In this document: one piece after another, positions 54,100-64,000 of the stretch
Layout of the letters: each line of letters starts with the position of its first letter
Position numbering within the stretch: position 1 is the first letter of the stretch
Source of the DNA: Callorhinchus milii
Taxonomy: Eukaryota
DNA length: 64,000 nucleotides
Reading direction: 5' to 3'
Assembly: GCF_018977255.1 (NCBI RefSeq)
Contig: NW_024704742.1
Span: 133,178,001 to 133,242,000 of the forward strand
Position numbers and translations under genes: made by a program
Notes under the pieces: model-generated
Told to the model about the DNA's origin: nothing
The model's database searches: none
The model's input: the letters and a program-made list of their open reading frames with translations, nothing else

Positions 54100-54545
54100 A
54101 CTCAGTGCCATGCTTAAGAGTATCCAAACCAAACAACAGTCCATGCATCCCACCTACACATGGAACTTCTTGAGATATTTATTGGAATGGAATGCACTCC
54201 CTCTCCCTGGAGGGACACATCTTGCTCACCTAATTCCGGAAAGTATTAGGCGCAGGTTGGCAAGAATCAAGGCTTGGGGACCCCAGAGTGTGTGTTGGGG
54301 GCACTACTAACCAGCTAAAACCGCGTAGTTTGCCATTGAGAGCACTGTTAGGCAAGCTTTGCCATTGCTTGTCCAGCAAGGGCAACCCTAGGGCTTTGGC
54401 TTGTAGGGTAAATGGGAGCTGAGTGTGAAGAGTCCTTGCTCCTAGTGACTGGGCTTCCCTTTCAAGTCCTGCCGAAAAGCCAGGCAGAGTGTATCATCAT
54501 AAACAGTGCCCTGGAGTGCGGACCCGCCTGGCTCAGGAACCGAGA
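54100..54545 (+). repeat. Unclassified old interspersed repeat (other copies about 14870-15160 on -, 62720-63025 on +, fragments about 51135-51190 and 55050-55200)
   Basis: Shared blocks: atccaaaccaaaca, tggaatggaatgcactccctctccctggaggg, ggcttggggacccca.agtgtg, gggctttggctt..agg..aatg.gagctgagt. Confidence 0.7.
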
Positions 54546-54714
54546 CCGCATTTTTAACCCCCAATCTATGAGACTTTACTCCTGGGATTGAACTTGCATT
54601 CTTGAGTTTCACCACAATCTATTGCTTTGGATTTGTAGAATATGGTTGTATTTGAGCTATTTTCCCCATATTATTGCCAACAATCTGAGCTGTAATTATT
54701 TATTTCGTGAACAG

Positions 54715-54829
54715 ATGCTCCGAGTAAACCACGGGTGCACTGCAGGGCATTTAATGTGTTTAGAATCTCCTGCGAATGGGAAAATCACCAAGACACAACC
54801 TTCCCTACTCGTTACATTGCAAGCTACAG
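54715..54829 (+). CDS. il11ra-like: IL11RA-like exon: first half of FN3 D2 (HAPSKPRVHCRAFNVFRISCEWENHQDTTFPTRYIASY-R)
   Basis: gaacag| acceptor and AG|gtatag donor, 115 nt, phase 1 to 2. Has the C-x9-C-x-W class I cytokine receptor motif. PTRYIASYR resembles IL11RA PTRYLTSYR. Confidence 0.92.
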
Positions 54830-57800
54830 GTATAGTATGGTGTCTTCAAAACACACTCACAGTGTGAATGTGCAGTGTTTGAATCCTAAGTGCTGTATAC
54901 ACTTATGGGCATGAAATGTATATGTGTACACACGTGCGTATATTTGTTTTACATGTATTGCAAAATCTCAGGCCATAGTTTGTGTGGAATATGATGTCTG
55001 CTGCACTTGACAGTGCATTAAGAACACTATCTGTCGATCACCTTACCCATTAAGGGCTTTGGCTTGCAGGATTAGCAGTTGCTGAGCGGGAAGAATCCTA
55101 ACTGTCAGTCTGTTTCTCCCATGTCCTGTTGAGCCAGATCAGTTGGTTTGTTGTCAGCAGTGCTCTGGAGTACCTCTCCTCTCAGGAGCCAGAATCCCAA
55201 GACCGCAATAGAGGGGTTGACTTGATTCTGATATGCTGTTGCCAAGCATGTCATCTTGAAGCTAGCTCAGCTACAAGGTGACCCTGCTTGCCTTCTCCCA
55301 CCGGAGGACAGCACTAGTTGGTCATAATTGCTCTACACGATGTTCCTATAGTATTAAGATATAGTAACCGTTTCCCTGTACACCACGGTCAAGCGCTCTG
55401 GGTCGCTACCCTACATGAGGGGCGCTATATAAATGCAAGTTGTTGTTGTTGAAGTGCTTTGCGATGTCCTCCATGATTATATTATTAACCTATATGCAAG
55501 TAAGCTCATCTGTGGCTGGTCTTTACGGTTCTGATGTGCGTCAAGCAATGCTGCTCCACAGCTGTGTGTTTTGGAGAGTTTAAACCTTTGCATCTGACTA
55601 ATGCACTATATCTGGCAATTCACATGACTGTAACACAATCCAGAGCCTCATTTGCCATCACAGACTTCCACAGTTGAACTAGTTTGTTGTACAGTGTATA
55701 AGAGTTTTTTTGGTTCAATGCAGCCTAACAGTCTTTGACCAAGTTTGGAAAAAAGAGAAAGATTCTTTGCAGACTGATGTCTCAGGTACTAAGGATGGAT
55801 ATAGGTTAATAATATAATCATGGAGGACATCGCAAAGCACTTTAACAACAACAACTTGCCTTTATATAGTGCTCCTCATGCAGGATAGCGTCCCAGAGCG
55901 CTTGATAGTGGTGGAGCACAGCGCTGAGCCGGGAGGAGGTGACCGTAGGCATAGTCGAAGAGGAAGGTCTTCAGGCGCAACTTGAAAGTGGGGAAGAAGG
56001 GTGCAAGGCGGAAGGATAGAGGAAGTGTATTTCAGAGTTTCGGGGTGTAGTGGCTTGTAAGACCGGTCACTGATTGAGGAATGGAGGGCACGAGGAACAG
56101 GCAGGAGGCCGAATCCAATCATATGCTGGATATGCTGCTTCATAGCTGCTGTAAAGTGTGGTGACTGTGTATTTTGTAGGCAATTGGAGTAACAAACCAA
56201 ATTGACTCAAGTGATTCAAGATGCTATCCCGTATGAAGGGTGCTATATAGTTGTTGTTCTAAATGGAAAGAAGCAGGTGGTGGTCTTCAGGGAAACTGGG
56301 TTGAAATGGGGGTGATATCGTATGGGGAAGGACACCATGGACTAAGAGCTTAAAGTCTAGGTTGACACTCCAGTGAAGTGCTGGGAGGTTGGCATAGGAG
56401 GCTGCATTGCTGGAGGTACCGTCCTTCGAATGAGATGCTGAAACTGAGAGCCCCCTATCGACCTATAATTTGTTGTGGTTCAGTTTGTTTTGTACTGTAG
56501 CCTCTTGGGCAGGTAGGTGTTCTATCCTGAGAATGGCTGAAATGGTGAACTTCATTCTAGTATAACACTGGCCAACTCCTTCCCTCTGGTCTCATGTTGT
56601 CCAGGGTTTCCGCTGTACAGCTCGCCGACCTGTAAGATCTCCAGTCACAATTTTCTCTCCTGTTTTCCTCACAAATGCTTTTTTTTCGACCCAAACAACG
56701 GGCTTTTCACCTGTTCTGCGAGCCTGTCACCTTTCATTTCCACTTGCCCCGCTTCCCCCCTCCCCACCATACACACACACACACCTGATCAAATTCAACA
56801 TCCTAAACCTCGCATTCAAATCCCTCCAGCGTCTCTTCCCCCATCCTCTCTGTGCAATCTCTTGCAACTACTGACCCGGCCTCTCTCTGGATGCTTCATA
56901 CCCCGGCCCAATCCGCCCCACCATCAGTAATCGACCTCTCAGCTCTTCTGCCCCAGCTCTTGGGAAATGAAGCCAGAGTCCCTTCATCTCCTTCCCCATT
57001 TTTAGAGCCCGCCTTATGACTTGCCTGTTTAATTCAGCTTTCATTCATCTTTCCCTGCCACCCCATCCCCCACAACTTAGATGCTAGCCATGTAAAATGC
57101 TTTAAGATGTCCCCTCACCATGGGTATAATTGTATTTTTTGTAATTTGCGTGATTTGGGCTTTGACCCTTGGGAGGAGGAAACTCATCCAAAATGTGACT
57201 CAGAATCACAACAGGTGTATATTTCATCAAATAAGTGAAACCGAGTGAATCACTGGCCGATTATTTTATTTGTACGAACCAGACATTATTCCCTCTCATA
57301 ATCATATCAACCTTTGAATGGAGTTAATATCTACTGACTCATTTCCTTTGTGATTACTCCCCAGGATTATCTGTGTCTAATTAAGATTGGAGGTTTCTAT
57401 GCCTTATTTATGTGCTGCTGGAAGCAATTGTAACACTCAATTGGGAATGCAAAACCAGTATTTTAAGATTTCCCTAAATCGTATTGGCAATTAGGTGCTC
57501 ATCTCCACTATCCGGTACTGGACTAGCTCTGGTTTACAATGGTTCATTAAGAACATTAAAAATAGTCTGTTCAAACATCTTGGGTCAAAGATGTTTAATT
57601 CACCGTTTATTAATTAAGACTAAATCCATTTGTACCACCAATACTGCAGTGTTGTGAATACTATAGCGAGCCCAATATCCACCCTATTGTGGATGTGAAA
57701 ACAGTGCATGTATCTTGTGAGTGTGGGTTTCCCCCCACTCTCTTTTTTTTTCTCTCACTCACTCTCTCTCTCATTGATCAGATCTCTCGCTTGGATGATC

Positions 57801-60532
57801 CAGTAAAATTACAAACTTGGTTGCATCGCACACAATAATAATCGTTGCATTCGATATAGCACCTTTCATGTCAGGTGGATGTCTCATAAAGCACTTCAAA
57901 GGATTTGCTTTGAATTCTGGTTTGAATTCTAGTGACTGTAATTAGTATGTAGTAAGATGACCTGCATGTTAGCTTGGTTCAGTGTGTAGGTTTAAAGCAA
58001 AGTTTCCAAAAGGGTGAAGCTTTGCAAATCTGAAAACTTGGGATAACAGAGAAGTGATCCTAAATAATCGAATTCCTTTGATTTTGAATTCCTAGTTAAG
58101 AAAAGTTCACTGCAACAATTTGCATTTGAACAGCATCCTTTACCCGGATAAGAGTCTTGCAGTGCTTAACAGTGGCAGAACCTAACACTGAGCCGGGGAG
58201 AGAAGGGATGTGACTGTAGGCACGGTCAAACAAGAAGCTCTTCAGATATAATCTGAAGATTTGCAAGGAGGAAGCATTGAGGCAGAGAGTTTCAGAGTTT
58301 CAGGGCCATAGTGTCTCAAAGCACAGCCGCTGATGGTGGAGGGGATGAGGGATGTACAGAAAGGCCAGAGCCAGCTGAGCCAAGGGGTGGATAGTGGAGT
58401 AGGGGAGAGGTACCGGAGCAAGTTGGAGAGAAGGAGGTGCGAGGGCGTGATTTTTTTGTAATGCATAACTATCTTTGTTTCTGCTTTCCTGTTGAGAGTG
58501 TTTGGGTTGTTTCCTGTTAATTCTGGATATTTACTTTGGCTTTTCTTTTTTTCCACACTTTTTTTCTTTTGTTTCGTGTATTGCTGCTCTGCTTCGATAA
58601 AGTTTCTGACTGCCTGTGGTCTATGCACCCCAATCAGTGAGGTAAAGCCTTCAAGCTGGTGGTGTGTGACAACACAATACAGTTCCACGTACTGATTTAT
58701 TATGAAATCTGTATTGGTGCTCATTCTATAAACTGGGATGACTTCCATAGCCTCAGTATTAAGGGCATGACTCACCATGTAGACTGCATTCGATGACTGT
58801 ATAAAAATTGCATTTTGTGGTTTGGTATGTTTTATTTAGAACGTAAACTTAGAATAACCTTGACGTGATGACTGGATCTCCGTTACACAAAAATAACATT
58901 TACCATTAACCAGCCCCTTCCTTTTAGTAAATAACCTGCTTTGACTTGCTTTGCTCTGGAATACTAACCATCGCACAGTTTCTTCCCCTCCCTCCACTTG
59001 TCATATAAAAGCCTGTTTGACTCTTCAGGTAAGATCCAGTGGTACTAGTTGAAAAGCGAAGGGCTTTTCTCTCCTACTATCCTGGCCAATAATCCTCCCC
59101 TTCACTCCCAGATGAAATTGGTCATTCACTTCATCACTTCATGGCTGTTTGTGGGACATTGCTCTGTGCAAATTTGCTGCTGTCTTTGCATACAAATAGT
59201 CACTGCACTTTACAATACAGTACAATCCTGCAAAATGCTTTGAGACGTTTAAACAACGTGACAAGGCATTATACCCAAGGCAAGGATTATTATTATCAAT
59301 ATTATAAATGTTTGGCAAGTTTCCTTACTGCACACACCTCTATTAACCTAGAGGTAAGTAGGAACCCGGTTGTTAGTCAATTGACGGATCACTTTTCCAG
59401 GGATAAAATCCCTCAAAAAAAACAATAATTTGGTCACTCAATCCACGACTGTTTGTGTGAAGCTGCTGTGCGCAATTGGCCGCTGCGTTTCGCCCACAAA
59501 TATACAGCCAATTCACTTTACAGTATATTCTATGAAGCGCTTTGACGTGAAAACCGCTAAATAAAAGTATTATTATAATTTGCAAAGTGCTCCTTAGCTC
59601 ACTAGTGAAACAGGTACTATTTAGTCCAATCTTCTGGTCTCTTTCTTCTTTTAATCACACCACTTGCCACTCAACAAATTCAACATCACCTCCTCACTTT
59701 TATATTGTATCCATCTGGATACAAAGTCTAAAAACCCATTGGTCTTGGATCTGAATCCCTGGATATCTTTGATCTTAAGTTCCTTGTTGTTGGTTGTGGT
59801 GGGGATGGTGGTTGTGGTTAGAGATGATGAATTTGAAGCTCTTATAATTACACAATACAATTTACATTCATAAAATACTTTTCTCATCAGGAAGACATCT
59901 TAAAGTAATGGTTAGAGCACTTGCCTCACAAGAAAGAGGACATGGGTTTGATTGCCGGTTGGGAGTGGCAAGTTTTAGGCAAGTTTCCTTACTTCACAGG
60001 CCACTGTTTACCTAGCAATAAGTAGGAACCCGGTTGTTAGTCGATTAGTGGAATGCCTTCTGGGAATAATAATCCCTTTTTTTAAAAAAATAAAAAATTT
60101 GATGACTTTCAATCCATGACTGCTGTGTGCAATTGGCTGCCGGGTTTTGCCCGCAAAATATACAGTCAATTCACTTTACAGTATTCTGAAATGCTTTGAA
60201 ACGTCTCGACAACGAGATAAGGTACTACGTCAAATTCAAGGATTATTATCACTAAATGCTTTACACAGCTGGCTCGGCACTTGAGCCAGTGTGGGAAGCA
60301 GGTAGGTAGGGGAAATATGAGTGAACATGCAGTCAAAAAGGTATGATTTGAAGCGAGCTTTACATGTCGGGAGGGAGTGGGCTCTGGATGTCGGAAGGAT
60401 TCTGGATGTAATTCCAGAGAGTGGGCAGAGAACAGCTGAAAGCGTGCTGTGCAGATTTTTGATTGCAACCTCTGGGAATAATTTATTTTAAAGTTTCTTT
60501 TTGTTTTTGTTTTTCTCCTTTCTTGGTTTCAG

Positions 60533-60702
60533 GGATCCACAAAACCAAATCCAGAACTGTTCTGCAGACCCGCTGTATAAAAACATTTGCCACATTGACA
60601 ACCCTCAGATTTTTACTTCCCTGCCTTACGTTGTAAACGTGACAGCAGTAAATACTCTCGGGTCGAGGGCTACGCTGTCAGAATTTCTGGCAATGGACAT
60701 TG
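60533..60702 (+). CDS. il11ra-like: IL11RA-like exon: second half of FN3 D2 (DPQNQIQNCSADPLYKNICHIDNPQIFTSLPYVVNVTAVNTLGSRATLSEFLAMDI)
   Basis: Long polypyrimidine tract then ttcag|, donor G|gtaagt, 170 nt, phase 2 to 1. Contains the second Cys pair and the Y-x-x-NVTAVNxLG motif. Confidence 0.93.
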
Positions 60703-60865
60703 GTAAGTAGCTTTGAGCGTGTATAGGAAACATTGATCTATTTATAAGACCAGCTTGGCAGAAACGCCAATTGCTTGTTCAACTTCAAATGCTTTTCACC
60801 TTGTGACAGTCTGGCACAGTTGGTAGCTCTCTCTCCTCTGAGTCAGAAGGTTGTGGGTTCAGGGA

Positions 60866-61245
60866 TTAACTCAGTGGTTAGAACATTCACCTTGCAAGTG
60901 AGAGGACATGGATTTGATTCCTGGGCAGGGCAAAATGTTGGGCAAGTTCCTTACTGCACATGCCTCTGTTTACCTAACAGTAAATAGGAGCTGGTTGTCA
61001 GTTGATTGGCAGATCGCTTTTCGGGGTGTAATAATTCCTCAAAAATAAATTTTAAAAATAAATGATTTGGTCACTCAATCCATGACTGTTTGTGGGACTC
61101 CGCTTTGAGCAATTGGCTGCCGTGTTTCACCCACAAAATATACAGTTAATTCACTTTACAGTATATTCTGTGAAGCGCTTTGAGACATCTTGAAGACGTA
61201 ATATGTCTCTATATCAAATGCAAGGTTTATTATTTATTATTATTG
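60866..61245 (+). mobile_element. SINE family A (long form) inside a SacSINE1-like element (60805-60865 / 61245-61445)
   Basis: gggcaagttccttactgcacatgcctctgtttacctaacagtaaatagg CORE-like segment. Confidence 0.8.
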
Positions 61246-63447
61246 TTAGAGGTGTCATCCTTCAGATAAGAAGTTAAACTCAGGTCCCGTCTGCCTGTTC
61301 AGGTGGATGTTAAAGATCCCATGGCATTATTCTAAAAGAGAAGGGAGTTCCTTCTGGTGTCCTGGCCAACAATCCCCTGGATAAGATGGGACATTGCTCT
61401 GCGCAAATTGGCTACTGTGTTGATCTGCAAAATACACAACTGCAGTATTTTTCTTCTTTTCTATCCCTTCCTGCACTGACCTGTCCTGATTACATTCAGA
61501 ATGAAAGCAAAAGCTTGTAATCATGCAACGCCTTTCACATAAAACGACAACAACTTGCACTTGCACTCTCTATGCAGGGTAGCGTCTCAGAGTGCTTAGC
61601 AATGGTGAAGTCTGACTCTGAGCCAGGGGTGAGGGGGGTGGGAGGTGACTGTAAACACGGTCGAAAACAAAGATTTTTCGGGTGGGACTTGAAAAAACAG
61701 AGAGAGGGGGCAAGGTGGAGGGATTCAGGGAGCGTGTTCCAGAGTTTTGGGGTGTAGTGGTTGTGATGGAGCGGAGGGTGCAAGGGACAAGCAGGGCTGG
61801 TGCCAGTCAAGCAGAGGTGGTGGATTGGGGAGTGAGGAGGTTGGAGAGGTAGGAAGGTGCCAGGGAGTTAAGAGATTTGAAAACAAACAACTACTTGCAT
61901 TTATTTAGTGCCCTTCCCACAGCACAGCTGCTTGGAGTGCACATGGAACATTTTGAAGAGCTTGACAAGGTGCAGGGTAACAAGCGGGCAAATAAGAGAC
62001 GTTGACCAAATGCTCAGTTGAATAGTGTATTTCTGAAGGTGAGGAGAGAATGTTGCGAGGCAGGGTTCCAGAGGACAGAGGCATGGAGCTAAAGGTTTGG
62101 ATGCCAATGAGTTTGAGGAATAAGCAATTGACCAAGTGATTCCCTCCTCATCTGTTAGCAGATTGATCAGCTCTAGAAGAAGGGGATCTTAGAGATGTTT
62201 TTCACTGGAGGAATTTCAGCCAGTTTGTCCTTGTGTTTTGTGTTTATTTCAAATATGCCCTTGACTCACATATGTTATTACTCAGAATCCCAGACCTCGT
62301 TTTTTTTTGGGTCTTGGATAATAATCTATAACATATGTTTTGATACTTTTCCAATTTCTGTGCTCTGTTCGATCACCAGATTTTTTTGGGCCAGCCGGGT
62401 GTATGTATGACACATGTGGGAACCCATCACCATATTTAAGCATTGCCTATTACTCTCCAGAATTAATAATAATAATTCTTGCATTTAATATAATGCCTTA
62501 TCATGTCTTTGAAATGTCTCAAAGCGCTTCACAGAATATGCTGTAAAGTGAATTAACTATATTTTGTGGGCAAAAGTTGGCAGCCAATTGCACACAGCAG
62601 TGTCCCATAAACCGTCGTGGATTGAAGTGACCAAATAATTATTTTTTTAAAGGAATTATTACCCCCCGGAAAAGCGATCCATCAATTGACTAACAACTGG
62701 GTTCCTATTTAGTAAGCAGATGCGTCTCTCCAGGGAGGGAGTGTTCATTCCATTCAAAAAATACATCTCTGGAACTTCTATACATCAGTGGACATCATCC
62801 AAACCAAACAGAATTCTGTGCATCCCATACAAATTCCAGAGATTTGTATTGGCATGGAACACATACTCTTTCCCTGGAGGGGTGCATCCTGCTTACTTTA
62901 CTCCAGAGAATAATCGGTGCAAATTGGCAAGAGCCAAGACTTGGGGACCCCAAAGTGTGCATTGGGGTACTACTGGAATCTAACCAGTTAACCCGCACAA
63001 CTGGCCATCAATAGCACTGTCTGGATCCCGTCCCTTTATCAGCCCCTTTGCTCAGCTTGTTCGGGCCTTCTGTACTTCCTCAATCCTTCCTCTTCTCTCC
63101 TATGGCTCAAACCTCTGGAACTCCCTGCCTCAATCGCTCTGTCTTGTCCATTCTTTGCTCGTCTCAGATCGCACCTGAAGACTTTCCTCTTTGATCGTGC
63201 TTACGGCCACCTCCCCTTTCTCCAGGCTCTGTGACAAACTATGTCATTGTTAAGCGTTCCAAGATGCTACCCACGTGAAGGGTGTTATATAACTGGAAGT
63301 TGTTGTGTTGAATATGGTATTGTTAGCATGCGGTCTGTTTTCGGCAGGGAGTGGGGTTGGTTGGGTTGAGGTCTTGTAGGTCTGTCTCGACAGACAAGAT
63401 GCAAAGAAATATTTCACTCTTCCCCGTTTTCTTGTTTTTAATTTCAG

Positions 63448-63605
63448 TTCAGCCCAACACACCTAAGAATGTGAGAGTCAAGCCTGTCTTTGGATCTCCC
63501 AGAAGAATCAAAGTGCGCTGGGATTATCCGTCTTTGTGGGACACGCGTTTTGAATTAAAATTTGTCTTGGAATATAGACCGACAATTATCTCGTTCTGGT
63601 CACGG
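63448..63605 (+). CDS. il11ra-like: IL11RA-like exon: first half of FN3 D3 (VQPNTPKNVRVKPVFGSPRRIKVRWDYPSLWDTRFELKFVLEYRPTIISFWSR); gene continues beyond window
   Basis: ttttaatttcag| acceptor and CGG|gtgagt donor, 158 nt, phase 1 to 0. PRR..V.W.YP..W...F.LKF.L.YRP pattern as in IL11RA/CNTFR. The WSxWS exon is expected downstream of 64000. Confidence 0.92.
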
Positions 63606-63816
63606 GTGAGTTTGATGATTGGGATTTCCGTTTCGGCTGGTGTTGGTTTCCCAGTAATCCTTGCGTTTGTGTTATGGGGAAGTCTTGAAATGCTTCATGG
63701 GATTTGCTGTGAAGTATAGTGACTGTGTTTACTGAAGCAAGTTTTAGTGACTGACTGAAGGCTGACAAATCTCTAAAGTTCTGAAATTCTGCCCAATCTT
63801 AGCCTGTGAATCCAAG

Positions 63817-64000
63817 GTATCAGTTTGGCTCAGTTGGTAGCACTCTCGCCTGTGAAAAGGTTGTGGGTTGAAACCCCACGTTGGGACTTTGAACTCACAG
63901 TCGTGACTAACACTCCAATGCTGTGTTGGAATATGCTGCATTCTCAGAGGTGCTGACTTTCGCATGAGACATTAAAACAAGGTCCTGTCTGTACCTGTTT
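63817..64000 (+). mobile_element. SacSINE1-like DeuSINE (family B), cut by window end
   Basis: Head and start of Deu domain. Confidence 0.8.

Noticed and set aside
58242..58778. 178-aa minus-strand ORF
   Set aside because: Made of low-complexity T-rich DNA plus an L2 remnant; no recognisable domain.
59021..59036. YAG|GTAAGA motif resembling a recursive splice site or poison exon
   Set aside because: It lies in a decayed DeuSINE within a modest 5.7 kb intron and has no other support.
46831..63605. Firm call as EBI3, CNTFR or IL6R
   Set aside because: Each matches only part of the protein. Exon layout and the D1/D3 motifs favour IL11RA-like, and orthology needs phylogeny and synteny.

Overview
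Eukaryotic genomic DNA. The repeat landscape (SacSINE1-like DeuSINEs, young L2 LINEs, CR1 tails, shark-type Penelope) points to a cartilaginous fish, probably a chimaera/elephant shark; this is an inference. Most of the window is interspersed retroelements and simple repeats. The one host gene I can support is a + strand class I cytokine receptor alpha chain of the IL11RA/CNTFR/EBI3/IL6R group. Six coding exons (46831-46912, 47568-47628, 53564-53730, 54715-54829, 60533-60702, 63448-63605) have GT-AG sites and compatible phases and splice to 251 open codons: signal peptide, Ig domain, FN3 with four Cys, and the first half of the second FN3. The gene continues past the window end. Its exon layout is IL11RA-like, but the sequence has mixed IL11RA/CNTFR/EBI3 features. 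Other notable structure: a 2.85 kb 5'-truncated L2 whose APE-RT ORF2 has a single 1-nt frameshift; a Penelope-like element with inverted arms, a 15-bp TSD, a decayed hammerhead ribozyme and nested insertions; a tRNA-CORE-partial-Deu-L2-tail hybrid SINE whose 3' stem-loop covaries with that of the L2; an old tandem duplication that exposes filled and empty insertion sites and the birth of a (TATC)73 array; and a 3.6 kb G-rich satellite between two CpG-rich segments. Family assignments rest on remembered consensus sequences, not database searches. Repeat boundaries are approximate.
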